From Macrostomum hystrix (lineage: Eukaryota; Animalia; Platyhelminthes), in the NCBI GenBank assembly GCA_950097015.1, contig CATNEN010000038.1, positions 23,064,001 to 23,128,000 of the forward strand: DNA of 64,000 nucleotides. The letters run 5' to 3'. A program made the position numbers and the translations under genes. Position 1 is the stretch's first letter. Each line of letters begins with the position of its first letter. The notes below the pieces were generated by a model that worked only from the letters and a program-made list of their open reading frames with translations, ran no database searches and was not told the origin of the DNA. Shown here one piece after another: positions 13,101 through 26,449 of the stretch.

Positions 13101-15058
13101 AATAATTAAGAAGATTTACTTATTATAGTCACCTTATAATGCGATACCAGCGTGCCATTTTGTGCGGTCAGACCAACAGCTAGCCAGCCAACCGGACTCC
13201 AGGCCCAGTGAGACGAGATCGGATAGACAAAACCTGTGCGCGCGCGGGATTAGAAAAAGCCATAAATAGTACTGCAAGTAGCACGAGTTGCCTTATTTAG
13301 GACAGTTTACAAAGCTAATGTAAATAATTTGTATTAGTTAAGTGAAAGTAAACTCGGAATGCAGCTATTTAATTAATTTGGTTGGACTTTTCTTTTACGG
13401 GCAAGGAAGTGAATAAAAAGTAAGGAGAAAAAATCTAAAATGATCGTCTTTTACTGAATTATTAATTAATTGTTGCACCGAATTTTCCTAATTAATAAAA
13501 CGACAGGACACGAAGATAGTCCGCCGACCTCACTTTGTCTCTGAAGTCAGCAGAATACTTATATTACTATTATTATTATTAATAATACTCAAGGTAAATA
13601 TTTTCGCACTGTCCCAGACAGTAATTAATTAGAGTTTCAAGAAACACAATTTCCGATCTTGACGAAAATACACTGACTAGGCGAGTCTATATATTAAGAG
13701 AAGACAGCTATGCAGAAAGGAAAATTACAAAAGCCTAAAAACACAAAGAGCTTGGATGGCCATCTAGTAGCTTTTACTATTTACCTTCTTTCATATCGCT
13801 GCAAAATGCTGAGACAGGAGAATTACTATTTTTAACTGCATAATTCTATCTCCTATTTGAACTACGCTAAGATATTCAAAAAGTAAAGCATGAAAGAGAC
13901 ATTAAGTCACGAAATGTCATAATATTCCCAGAGTATAAACGACGACTAACTCACTGATTGATAATGACCAGAGCGCACCCATTGATAATGACCAGTTCTC
14001 TGCAGTCTGCACCCATTGATAATGACCAGTACTCTGCACCCATTGATAATGACCAGTACTCTGCACCCATTGATAATGACCAGAACTCACTCCTTGATTA
14101 TGACCAGAGCTCACTCCTTGATTATGACCAGAACTCACTCCTTAATTATGACCAGAACTCACTCCTTAATTATGACCAGAACTCACTCCTTAATTATGAC
14201 CAGAACTCACTCCTTAATTATGACCAGAACTCACTCCTTGATTATGACCAGAACTCACTCCTTAATTATGACCAGAACTCACTCCTTGATTATGACCAGA
14301 ACTCACTCCTTAATTATGACCAGAACTCACTCCTTAATTATAACCAGAGCTATAATTCGGATGCGAGTAATGAGCAGATCTATAATGACCAGAACTATAA
14401 TGACCAGAACTAAATTGACCAGAACTATAATGACTGGAGCTAAAATGAGCAGATCTAAAATGACCAGAATTAAAACTCTGATAATGAGCAGAACTACGAG
14501 TATAACTGGGACAGTAAGTCATTCTTTTATAGTTTTAAACACAAAACTCTTATTATACTACGCAAAGTCGGAGCAACTGCTAAACTAAGCATAGTAAAAC
14601 TAACCCGTAATGAGAAACGAATAGGCCATGTAGGCTATAAACTCGCATCGCTCAGCCAGGGCGCCAGACACAATGGTGGCGGATGTAGCCGCGAACACGA
14701 ACTGAAAAAACCACAGGTGCATCCGACTGTCTGGCAGTTGCGCCATCGCCCATAGACTATTGCCGCAGAAGCCATTGCCCGGCTCGCCGAATGCTAGAGC
14801 AAAGCCAAACACATAGTAGGCTATGCAGCCAATGAATGAGTCCAGTATGTTCTTGATGAGAATATTTGTAGTATGCTTAGATCTGACAGCTCCAGCCTCT
14901 AAGAATGCGAAGCCGCACTGCATAAAATAGATGACAATGGCCATTGTACACAAGAATAACGAGTCCAAGGATGCATTGGTGGCATTCACTGAGGCAGTCA
15001 GCTTGTCCAATTCCAGCGATAAGTTTCGCAGAGCAGCCAGCTCGCCCGGAGTGGACAT
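10104..15058 (-). CDS. amt: Ammonium transporter (Amt family)
   Basis: Minus-strand exons 15058-14605, 13233-13133, 12955-12610, 12093-11954, 11543-11306, 10437-10369, 10297-10104 with GT-AG borders. Motifs: FMQCGFAFLEAGAVRSKHTTNILIKN, FFQFVFAATSATIVSGALAER, VYPISSHWAW, DFAGSGVVHISGG, GFLAFNGGS, NGGLAGMVAICAG, IDDPVEAIAVHFGGGLWG, E.KGLDYPKHGEMAY. Both pore histidines are present. Confidence 0.95.
10490..11160. repeat. 30-bp minisatellite (cattcacacctcagattctgtaatctcaac)n in Amt intron
   Basis: Two homogenised sub-arrays (gtaatctc vs gaaatccc variants). Confidence 0.93.
12243..12469 (-). mobile_element. SINE family 1 copy with internal deletion (Amt intron)
   Basis: Reverse complement starts ggggttgtag..., contains gtgtcattagcaagacac, and its 3' half is nearly identical to the 5688-5912 copy. 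Confidence 0.75.
13955..14500. repeat. Compound minisatellite (33-bp then 24-bp attatgaccagaactcactcctta units) in Amt intron 1
   Basis: Direct tandem units sharing the core atgaccag. Confidence 0.9.
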
Positions 15059-15699
15059 TGTTTAGCAGCGCCTTTCAGATTTTGATTTCCGCCTGAAAGA
15101 AATGATCTATAGCAGACATACTAGTTATATGGGGTCAGGGCAATTGTACAGGGGTCGGGGTTGATAACCTTTAAATACATTAGTACACCAAGCTTTCGCC
15201 TTTGAAAGTGTTGCATAATTGGTTCTCTATAAGCATTGGTTGGTAGTAAAGCATGCAGCCATTTTTAATTGACTGATAGACCAATAGAGACAGAGACAGA
15301 CCTGAGCAGAGACACAGATTGCGAATATTTAATCATTTTCTGTTTAAAAGTTATTCAACAAGTAGGAATGCATTGTGGCCTGTACAATAATGGCTAGTTA
15401 CATCGGTCAATTGTACTTACACTTCTCTCTCCTGCCTGAATGTTTATTCTTTGTACGAGGGGGTGACGCATTTAGTCAGAGTCTGGTGACAATATAATGG
15501 ATAAACAGATGACAACTGACTCATACAGTTCGTGGATAATGGAAGTATAGAGACAGGCTAAAAAACCGCCTATTTTACTATTATAATAGTTGACCTGTGT
15601 ATACTGGTTCGTTATTTCTTTACTGGCCGGTTGATTCCAGTCTAGCTCAGTGCAGGTGGCATTTTCAAGAGAGTAATAATAATTTGTATATACTAAAAC

Positions 15700-15998
15700 A
15701 TAGTCGTTTGAGCGTCGGACTCACGACTTTAGGGTGGGGGGTTCGATTCCCGACTCTATGGGAACAATTTGTGTCCTTTAGCAAGACACTAAAATCTGCG
15801 CTGTTTCAGTTCACCCAGCTGTTAAATGGGTACCAGCATCAGCTGGGGTAATTGAGGGTGGTGTGGCGTCCCCCCAGTCCATGGACTGAACAGCCGTACG
15901 CAGCCTTCAGATGCGCCGCGCAATAGCTGCGGCTGTGCTGTCGGCTGCACATCTGACACAATTGGGGCAGGTGTAGTCAATTATTATTATTATTATTA
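15700..15998 (+). mobile_element. SINE family 1, near full length, tRNA-derived head
   Basis: B-box ggttcgattcc at ~15739, central gtgtcctttagcaagacact...cacccagctgttaaatgggtacc, 3' (tta)n tail. Several homologous copies occur in the window. Confidence 0.82.
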
Positions 15999-18900
15999 TG
16001 AGAGGATAACAATCAAACTGAAGGGATAACAATCAAACTGAGGGGATAACAATCAAACTGAGGGGATAACAATCAAAATGAGGGGATAACAATCAAACTG
16101 AGGGGATAACAGTCAAACTGAGGGGATAAAAATCAAACTGAGGGGGTAACAATCAAACAGAGGGGATAACAGTCAAACTGAGGGGATAACAGTCAAACTG
16201 AGGGGATAACTGTCAAACTGAGGGTATAACTGTCAAACTGAGAGGATAAAAATCAAACTGAGGGGATAACAATCAAACTGAAGGGATAACTGTCAAACTG
16301 AGGGGATAACAGTCAAACTGAGGGGATAACAATCAAACAGAGGGGATAACAATCAAACTGAGGGGATAACAATCAAAATGAGGGGATAACAATCAAACTG
16401 AGGGGATAACAGTCAAACTGAGGGGATAACTGTCAAACTGAGGGGATAACTGTCAAACTGAGGGTATAACTGTCAAACTGAGGGGATAACTGTCAAACTG
16501 AGGGGATAACAATCAAACTGAGGGGATAACTGTCAAACTGAGGGGACAACTGTCAAACTGAGGGGATAACAGTCAAACTGAGTGGATAACAATCAAACTG
16601 AGGGGATAACAATCAAACTGAGGGGATAACAGTCAAACTGAGGGGATAACTGTCAAACTGAGGGGATAACTGTCAAACTGAGAGGATAAAAATCAAACTG
16701 AGGGGATAACAATCAAACTGAGGGGATAACTGTCAAACTGAGGGGACAACTGTCAAACTGAGGGGATAACAGTCAAACTGAGGGGATAACAATCAAACAG
16801 AGGGGATAACAATCAAACTGAGGGGATAACAATCAAAATGAACGGATAACAATCAAACTGAGGGGATAACAGTCAAACTGAGGGGATAACTGTCAAACTG
16901 AGGGGATAACTGTCAAACTGAGGGTATAACTGTCAAACTGAGAGGATAAAAATCAAACTGAGGGGATAACAGTCAAACTGAGGGGATAACTGTCAAACTG
17001 AGGGGATAACAATCAAACTGAGGGGATAACTGTCAAACTGAGGGGACAACTGTCAAACTGAGGGGATAACAGTCAAACTGAGTGGATAACAATCAAACTG
17101 AGGGGATAACAATCAAACTGAGGGGATAACAGTCAAACTGAGGGGATAACTGTCAAACTGAGGGGATAACTGTCAAACTGAGAGGATAAAAATCAAACTG
17201 AGGGGATAACAATCAAACTGAGGGGATAACTGTCAAACTGAGGGGACAACTGTCAAACTGAGGGGATAACAGTCAAACTGAGGGGATAACAATCAAACAG
17301 AGGGGATAACAATCAAACTGAGGGGATAACAATCAAAATGAACGGATAACAATCAAACTGAGGGGATAACAGTCAAACTGAGGGGATAACTGTCAAACTG
17401 AGGGGATAACTGTCAAACTGAGGGTATAACTGTCAAACTGAGAGGATAAAAATCAAACTGAGGGGATAACAATCAAACTGAGGGGATAACTGTCAAACTG
17501 AGGGGACAACTGTCAAACTGAGGGGATAACAGTCAAACTGAGGGGATAACAATCAAACTGAGGGGATAACAATCAAAATGAGGGGATAACAATCAAACTG
17601 AGGGGATAACTGTCAAACTGAGGGGATAACTGTCAAACTGAGGGGATAACTGTCAAACTGAGGGGATAACTGTCAAACTGAGGGGATAACTGTCAAACTG
17701 AGGGGATAACAGTCAAACTGAGGGGATAACAATCAAACTGAGGGGATAACTGTCAAACTGAGGGGATAACAATCAAACTGAGGGGATAACAATCAAAATG
17801 AGGGGATAACAATAAAACTGAGGGGATAACAGTCAAACTGAGGGGATAACAGTCAAACTGAGGGGATAACAATCAAAATGAGGGGATAACAATAAAACTG
17901 AGGGGATAACAATCAAACTGAGGGGATAACAATCAAACTGAAGGGATAACAATCAAACTGAGGTGATAACAGTCAAACTGAGGGGATAACAATCAAACTG
18001 AGGGGATAACAATCAAACTGAGGGGACAACTGTCAAACTGAGGGGATAACAGTCAAACTGAGTGGATAACAATCAAACTGAGGGGATAACAATCAAACTG
18101 AGGGGATAACAGTCAAACTGAGGGGATAACTGTCAAACTGAGGGGATAACTGTCAAACTGAGAGGATAAAAATCAAACTGAGGGGATAACAATCAAACTG
18201 AGGGGATAACTGTCAAACTGAGGGGACAACTGTCAAACTGAGGGGATAACAGTCAAACTGAGGGGATAACAATCAAACAGAGGGGATAACAATCAAACTG
18301 AGGGGATAACAATCAAAATGAACGGATAACAATCAAACTGAGGGGATAACAGTCAAACTGAGGGGATAACTGTCAAACTGAGGGGATAACTGTCAAACTG
18401 AGGGTATAACTGTCAAACTGAGAGGATAAAAATCAAACTGAGGGGATAACAATCAAACTGAGGGGATAACTGTCAAACTGAGGGGACAACTGTCAAACTG
18501 AGGGGATAACAGTCAAACTGAGGGGATAACAATCAAACAGAGGGGATAACAATCAAACTGAGGGGATAACAATCAAAATGAGGGATAACAATCAAACTGA
18601 GGGGATAACAGTCAAACTGAGGGGATAACTGTCAAACTGAGGGGATAACTGTCAAACTGAGGGTATAACTGTCAAACTGAGAGGATAAAAATCAAACTGA
18701 GGGGATAACAATCAAACTGAGGGGATAACTGTCAAACTGAGGGGACAACTGTCAAACTGAGGGGATAACAGTCAAACTGAGGGGATAACAATCAAACTGA
18801 GGGGATAACAATCAAAATGAGGGGATAACAATCAAACTGAGGGGATAACTGTCAAACTGAGGGGATAACTGTCAAACTGAGGGGATAACTGTCAAACTGA

Positions 18901-19340
18901 GGGGATAACTGTCAAACTGAGGGGATAACTGTCAAACTGAGGGGATAACAGTCAAACTGAGGGGATAACAATCAAACTGAGGGGATAACTGTCAAACTGA
19001 GGGGATAACAATCAAACTGAGGGGATAACAATCAAAATGAGGGGATAACAATAAAACTGAGGGGATAACAGTCAAACTGAGGGGATAACAGTCAAACTGA
19101 GGGGATAACAATCAAAATGAGGGGATAACAATAAAACTGAGGGGATAACAATCAAACTGAGGGGATAACAATCAAACTGAAGGGATAACAATCAAACTGA
19201 GGTGATAACAGTCAAACTGAGGGGATAACAATCAAACTGAGGGGATAACAATCAAACTGAGGGGATAACAATCAAACTGAGGGGATAACAATCAAACTGA
19301 GGGGATAACAATCAAACTGAGGGGATAACAGTCAAACTGA
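15998..19340. repeat. 20-bp minisatellite (gaggggataac[a/t][a/g]tcaaact)n, ~165 copies, with higher-order duplications
   Basis: Direct array. Rare variants recur: agtggataac at 16581/17081/18061 and aacggataac at 16841/17341/18321. Confidence 0.97.
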
Positions 19341-19814
19341 TGCTAAGGTCTTGAAGTTTGAACTAGATGGCCATGATGCATTTTGAGATACAGTTGCAGC
19401 TGTCTAAATGTGGTTTTAACCGGGTCTGGTTGGTCAATGAGAAATTTGTAAGCCGTTGGTTATTTTGAATTTTTTGCTGTTTGGGTATCTGCACGATAAA
19501 TGTTTAAAAACACTCAAAATACCAGCTGTGACTGGACTTATCTTTCTGGCTGTTAGCAACTGATCATACGCTCGTACTAAAAACTGTGTGCTTAAGTTCG
19601 TCGGTCGGAAATAGCTAGATAGTACACTGAACTACAATGTGAACTGACAAAGCCAATCTAATGAAAATCATTACATAGTTGGTTTCGCATAACTTAGTAT
19701 AACTTAGTATGTTACGCAGAAAAAAACAAGGCTAGTAACCAAAAGTTGACAGCGATAAAACTATGGAATGGATCGGGAATAGAAAGCGTGAGATAGAAAA
19801 GGGAAGGATGAGAC

Positions 19815-20290
19815 TGGTGAGAGATGAGACACAGGATCAGAGATGAGACACGGGAGAGATGAGACACGGGATCAGAGATGAGACACGGGAGAGATGAGAC
19901 ACGGGAGAGATGAGACACGGGATCAGAGATGAGACACGGGAGAGATGAGACACGGGAGAGATGAGACACGGGAGAGATTAGACACGGGAGAGATGACACA
20001 TGGGAGAGATGAGACATGGGAGAGATGAGACACGGGAGAGATGAGACACGGGAGAGATGAGACACGGGAGAGATGACACATGGGAGAGATGAGACATGGG
20101 AGAGATGAGACACGGGAGAGATGAGACACGGGAGAGATGAGACACGGGAGAGATGAGACACGGGAAAGATGATACACGGGAGAGATGAGACACGGGAAAG
20201 ATGAGACACGGGAGAGATGACACACGGGAGAGATGAGACACGGGAAAGATGAGACACGGGAGAGATGACACACGGGAGAGATAAGACACG
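19815..20290. repeat. 16-bp minisatellite (gggagagatgagacac)n
   Basis: Direct tandem array. Confidence 0.93.
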
Positions 20291-22157
20291 GTATCGCAGA
20301 GGGACAAAGGCCATAGGATCTTGAAGCTCTGCTGGCCGTTTCAGGCTTATTATTCTGTTATTCCTGATGTCTCTGCAGTTTTATACTTTCGACACTAACT
20401 TTCGACTTTCGACGTAACAGTTACCCCGCAAGTGCGCTGCTTACATTATTGAAACAATATAAAACCTTCAAAAGAGCCTTTCAAACCAGATTTAAGCAGC
20501 TAAAGCAGCTCTTCAGCACGCTTGTCAAACATGCTGACTAAAATGCATTATTATTCGCTTTAAATATCATTCTGACAGAATACACATTAGATGAGCTAAG
20601 TAGTAGCAATATTAGATAGCCAATTAAATCTGGTATGCTTGATTAGCTTCTCTGCTATTGTTGAATGAGCGTAGAAGTCTTCAGGACAAGTGGCATGTGC
20701 GAAGAAAAGCGCGCCGTGAAAGCTAGAGTTAAGAAAATTATTAGCATGAGAGACTAGCTCTTGTCAGTTCCAGTCGGTTGAGTCTATGACTCTATTCCAT
20801 TTGCTGCCACACAAAAGTAAACATTGTTCTTTGCAGTTTTGCAGTTTTGAAGGCTACGCAGGGTCTGTGTATATGTAAAGGTTTTTGCTAATGTCTTCTG
20901 ACAGCAATTTGTATATACAGATTTAGTAAGACGCAATTGCTTGCGCTGATCAAAGACAGAGCTTTATAACTATTCGGTACATCGAGTAGCATATATATTG
21001 CCTACACTTCAATAACGTCACTTATGAAAAAATAAACCTGTATATGACCGTGAAGCGTCGTCGTATTTGATATGTGCGCATATCATACATTCTAAACGAC
21101 TGATGCGTTATAAAAATATCATCAATTAGCTGCCCGCGGTCGACTTGTTGGATTATGTTTCTGAATATACGCGCTGCTGACCAATCGCCATATATTGTAA
21201 ACATCTAATATGTTTAACAAGTCAGCTAATTTTTTCGTAAAAAGAATTACGACGTTTTTATTCCGAAATTATAAAGTCTTAGTGTATAGACTTATATCGA
21301 GTTTACACTGAGCAATAGTAAAACGTTTAGATGATTACTATTGGCCACCAGCACCATGGCGAATTCTAAGGAATCCATCCCCGCACGTCATTACACTTCT
21401 TTAGCAGCGATTGTAATTGCTACATTAAACATCCGGCGATGGAAAGTGCCACGCGTGCCAGACTAAAAGCCATAGTAAATGTCAAAGCAAAATTTGAAAT
21501 CTGCTCAAATTTTACGTACTATAACAAGCGTAGCCTTATCCTAAATTTTTTAAATAAAAAAGCCTTGATACTTACGCACTAATTTTGTATATATTCTTAC
21601 TTTAAAAACAAAAAGCAAATAAAATGAGCTCGACAAAAATATTTATATCATCGTGCCGTTACTAATTCGACTGCAACATTTTCCATTGGAATTTCTTTTC
21701 TCCCCTACCTCCGGACACATGACTTGTTGCCAATGAGAAGTAAAGTTTTTTAATTTTATCGTTTAGTCATAAAAAACTGGCTAGCTCTATATATTCAAAA
21801 AAACGAATTTCAAAAGTCTTGAAAGTGCGAGTTTCCACTAACTTTTTAAGAAACTCTGTTTAGATTCAAGTAAGTATTTATAGTCATTGTCACATAACAT
21901 TGGGTAGTAAAAACGCTGATAAAAATCCATAATCATAGCCTTCATATAAAATTTAAGTATCTTTTTAATTTCAATACTCTAATTTTGAACTTAATTTCAA
22001 GTAGTGCTATTTTTAGCAAACTTCTTAAATAAAAACTAAATGTAGTATATATCTCGAAAAGCAGAAGCAATTTCTTTTTTTAACATTTTCTTTTAAAATT
22101 TGTATAGCTATGTAATATCATTTTAAATACAACATAGTTAAGCAATATAAAAATAAA

Positions 22158-22460
22158 ACTTGACTACACCTGCCCCAATTGGGTCAGATGCACAGCCAAC
22201 AGCACAGCCATAGCTATTGCATGGTGGATCTGAATGGTTTGTACACTGTTCAGTCCATGGACAGGGGGACACTACACCCATCCTCAATTACCCAGCTAAT
22301 CTGCTAATGCTGATACCCATTTAACAGCTGTGTTAAACTGAATTGAAACAATGCAGAGTTAAGTGTCTTGCTAAAGGACACAGATTGTTCCAGTGGAGTC
22401 ACACAAACCCCAGACCTTAAAGTCATGAGTCTGACACCCTAACCACTAGGCTACAACCCC
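22158..22460 (-). mobile_element. SINE family 1, full-length diverged copy
   Basis: Reverse complement begins with the tRNA-like ggggttgtagcctagtggttagggtgtcagactcatga (A-box region) and continues through the same core to ggggcaggtgtagtcaag. Confidence 0.8.
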
Positions 22461-22863
22461 TGTACATATCCATGCTGAGAGTCAAAGGGAATTATTTTAG
22501 CTTGCTGTTTTTAACACTTGTCTAGTAGCTCTTGCTATATTTAATTTCTAGTTATTATTTATAATATGTATAATGCTATTGTCTTAGCTATATTCCTTAT
22601 ACAGCTAGGCCTAACCATACATTATACTTAGATACTTAGAGTACTTAATAAAGAAATTTTACAATACTTGTACTACTTTATATTTTATAGTCTAGAGTAC
22701 TCATTTGATGAATGTTATATTAAAATATTTGTAATTTTTTATGTTTTATAAAGGTGATTCTATGGTAAAGCACTGTATCTATTGTACAGTTTCAATAGCT
22801 GCCTTGTGTTTTATGTTGAATGGTTGCTTAGGCCCTATCATTTTTCAGTTACTGTCAGCAAGC

Positions 22864-25800
22864 ATGTCTGCTAGATATCAACAGCAACAGCAGCAGCAGC
22901 AGCAGCGCAGTCGTGGTCGCTTACGCAATGGTGGCACAAATGGTTCAGCAGCTAACAATGCTGCCACCTCCAAATCTTCTTCTAAGTCGCCATTGCCTGT
23001 TTCTGCTACAGTTTTATCTGCTGCTTCTACAACTGCGCCTATTTCTAGTGGCAGCAATGTCAGTGCTAGCACCGGCGTTGCCAATAGCAACAGCTTTGAC
23101 AAGCTGAAACAGGCGGTACTGGAGGAGGGCACTAATGCCCGCAATCTGCTCAAATTCAATGTGCCAGTCGAAGACGCAACCGCAGTCGCTGCCGCAGCAG
23201 CCGCTTCGTGTTCAGCGACAGCTGCTTCTGTTGGCACAACGACTGCCTCGTCGAAGCCATCTTCTAGGAGGGCTTCGACCACTGCCACAGTGTCGCATCA
23301 GGTAGTTAATTGAATTTCAATGAACTTCTCAACATGTGGCACCAGCTGACTATTGAGTCCCTAAATGCAAATTTTAGTGCCTGTCTAAAGGATTCAAATA
23401 TTTCCAGTGAAGTCGAGAATCGAACCACTGACCTTCATGAGCCTGAAGCTTTAACCATTTAAACCTTCTATGTAATTCATGATTAGCTACTATATTCATT
23501 ACAGTTATCCTACCTAACGTACCTTACCTCAAGTTAAAGAACCCGCCAATCACCGACATTATTATCAGCATCCCGCCGGCGGCGCCAGTTCGCGCAAGAA
23601 ATCCTCAACCCCGGTTCGAGCTCCGGACCTTCGCGAACGCTACTGGGCCCTCCTATTAGAGAATCTGAAGCGCACTATTGACGAAATCTATTCGAATTGC
23701 GAAGCGGATCAGAGTGAAGCTGAATGCCGCGAGGTGCACATCATTCTGGAGCACTGCTGCCGCGACTTTGCGGCCCTGATTGAAAAGATTCGCCTTTTCC
23801 GCGAGGACGGAGCCGCTGATAGGCCGGGCGGCGCGCCCATCGCCTGGGTGGAGAGAAAAACATCCCCTTGCAAACCGATTATGAAACAGGTATGCCCAAT
23901 CCCGATCCTCCTAGCCCCTGTCCAATCCCGATCCTCCTATTCCGCTGTCCAATCCCGATCCTCCTAGCCCCCTATCTAAATCTCGATCCACCTAGCCCCT
24001 GTCCAATCGCGATCCTCCTAACCTTCTGTCCAATCCCGATCCTCCTAACCCGCTGTCCAATCCCGATCCTCCTAGCCCCTGTCCAATCCCGATCCTCCTA
24101 ACCCCCTGTCCAATCCCGATCCTCCTAACCCGCTGTCCAATCCCGATCCTCCTAACCCGCTGTCCAATCCCGATCCTTCTCCATCCTCCAGGTTCTGGAG
24201 CGCAGCCTTAACGCCGGCAGTAGTCGCGTACGCAGCCCAGTGACCGCCGGTGGCTGCAATCTTTCTTGTGGCTCCGGCAGCTGGGCTGATAAAGTTCGCG
24301 CCAGTCTACTAGAACAGGAAACTGTTGCTGCTGCTGCTGCTGTTGCCGCTGCTGCTTCAGCCGCAGGCACGACCACGGGACCTGCTACAACAGTTGTAGC
24401 CGCTGAACCAACCGCATCGCCATCCACTTTAAATCTGGATGCTTCATCAATAGCTCCGGCCTCTGAAGATGCCGCCTTTGCATCCGCCGCCGCCGCCGCC
24501 GCTGCTGCTTCCATAGCTCCTGCAGCTGTAAGCGACTCCTTGGTCTCAGGCGAGGCCATCGGTCCCGTCGACAGCGGCTGGGCCGTAGTTCTCCGTCGCA
24601 ATCGTCGCGGTGTAGTTAAAGCTCTCTATAGCGTAGCGGACTCTTTAGCTGTTTCAGCCGGCTGCGACAAAGCCGACAAAGCACCCGTTGCGTCAGAGAC
24701 TAGCCGGGATACTGATGACAAACTTACCGATATTGAGCGGCATCAATCGGAGGAGCCACAGGCTGAAGCTCGCAAAGATTTTGCCAGCGAGACTGCCACC
24801 TCTGCCTCCGTTTCTGCTTCACCTGAGACCAACCCTGGCGCTTTAGATGCCGAGCCTGCTACTTGCAGCGCCAGCGAAATTGACGACGAATCAACTGGCG
24901 ATATTGAACAGCTGGAGAGGTGAGTTCAAAGTAGGTGTTGGCTAGTGGGCTGGTGTGACGTATCTTCTCCATCCTGTCTTATTTACCTCCTGTCTCATCT
25001 CCCTCCTGTTTATCTACCTCCTTTTCTCCCTCCTGTCTCATCTCCATTCTATATTATCTCCCTTCTATCTTATCTACGTCCTGTCTCATCTCCCTTTTGT
25101 CTCATCTCCCTCCTGTCTCATCTACCTCCTGTCTCATCTCCCTCCTGTCTCATCTCCCTCCTGTCTCATCTACCTCCTGTCTCATCTCCCTCCTGTCTCA
25201 TCTCCCTCCTGTCTCATCTACCTCCTGTCTCATCTCCCTCCTGTCTCATCTCCCTCCTGTCTCATCTACATCCTGTCTCATCTCCCTCCTGTCTCATCTC
25301 CCTCCTGTCTCATCTACCTACTGTCTCATCTCCCTCCTGTCTCATCTACCTCCTGTCTCATCTTCCTCCTGTCTCATCTCCCTCCTGTCTCATCTCCATT
25401 CTATATTATCTCCCTTCTATCTTATCTACGTCCTGTCTCATCTCCCTTTTGTCTCATCTCCCTCCTGTCTCATCTCCCTCCTGTCTCATCTACATCCTGT
25501 CTCATCTCCCTCCTGTCTCATCTCCCTCCTGTCTCATCTACCTACTGTCTCATCTCCCTCCTGTCTCATCTACCTCCTGTCTCATCTTCCTCCTGTCTCA
25601 TCTACCTCCTGTCTCATCTCCCTCCTGTCTCATCTCCCTCCTGTCTCACCTCCCTCCTGCCTCATCTACCTCCTGTCTCATCTCCCTCCTGTCTCACCTC
25701 CGTCCTGTCTCATCTACCTCCTGTCTCATCTACATCCTGTCTCATCTCCCTCCTGTCTCATCTCCCTCCTGTCTCATCTACCTACTGTCTCATCTCCCTC

Positions 25801-26417
25801 CTGTCTCACCTTCCTCCTGTCTCATCTTCCTCCTGTCTCATCTACCTCCTGTCTCATCTCCCTCCTGTCTCATCTCCCTCCTGTCTCACCTCCCTCCTGC
25901 CTCATCTACCTCCTGTCTCATCTCCCTCCTGTCTCACCTCCGTCCTGTCTCATCTACCTCCTGTCTCATCTCCCTCCTGTCTCATCTCCCTCCTGTCTCA
26001 TCTCCCTCCTGTCTCATCTCCCTCCTGTCTCACCTCCCTCGTGTCTCACCTTCCTCCTGTCTCACCTTCCTCCTGTCTCATCTCCCTCCTGTCTCATCGT
26101 TTACTTTCCTCAGGCAATTGGACGCTATGGAACGTGACCAGGCCGAGCTTGAGACCGCTCTCAGTCACGAAGAATTGCACAACCTGGTTGACTACACCCG
26201 CCCAATGACCTGGGACGAGCTTGTGGCCCAGAACACCAGACTGCAGCAGACCACTGTGCCATGGGAGCTCATGGCCGCCCTGCAGGAGGAGGAGGACGCC
26301 GACGATGAGACCTTCGGCGAGCGGGCGCGAACTCCGGGCCGTAGCGCCCACATTCACGACAAGCTGTCCGCCTGGCGGCGTGGAGATGCTGACGCTGACA
26401 AACTAGCTGAGAAACAG

Positions 26418-26449
<32 letters not shown>

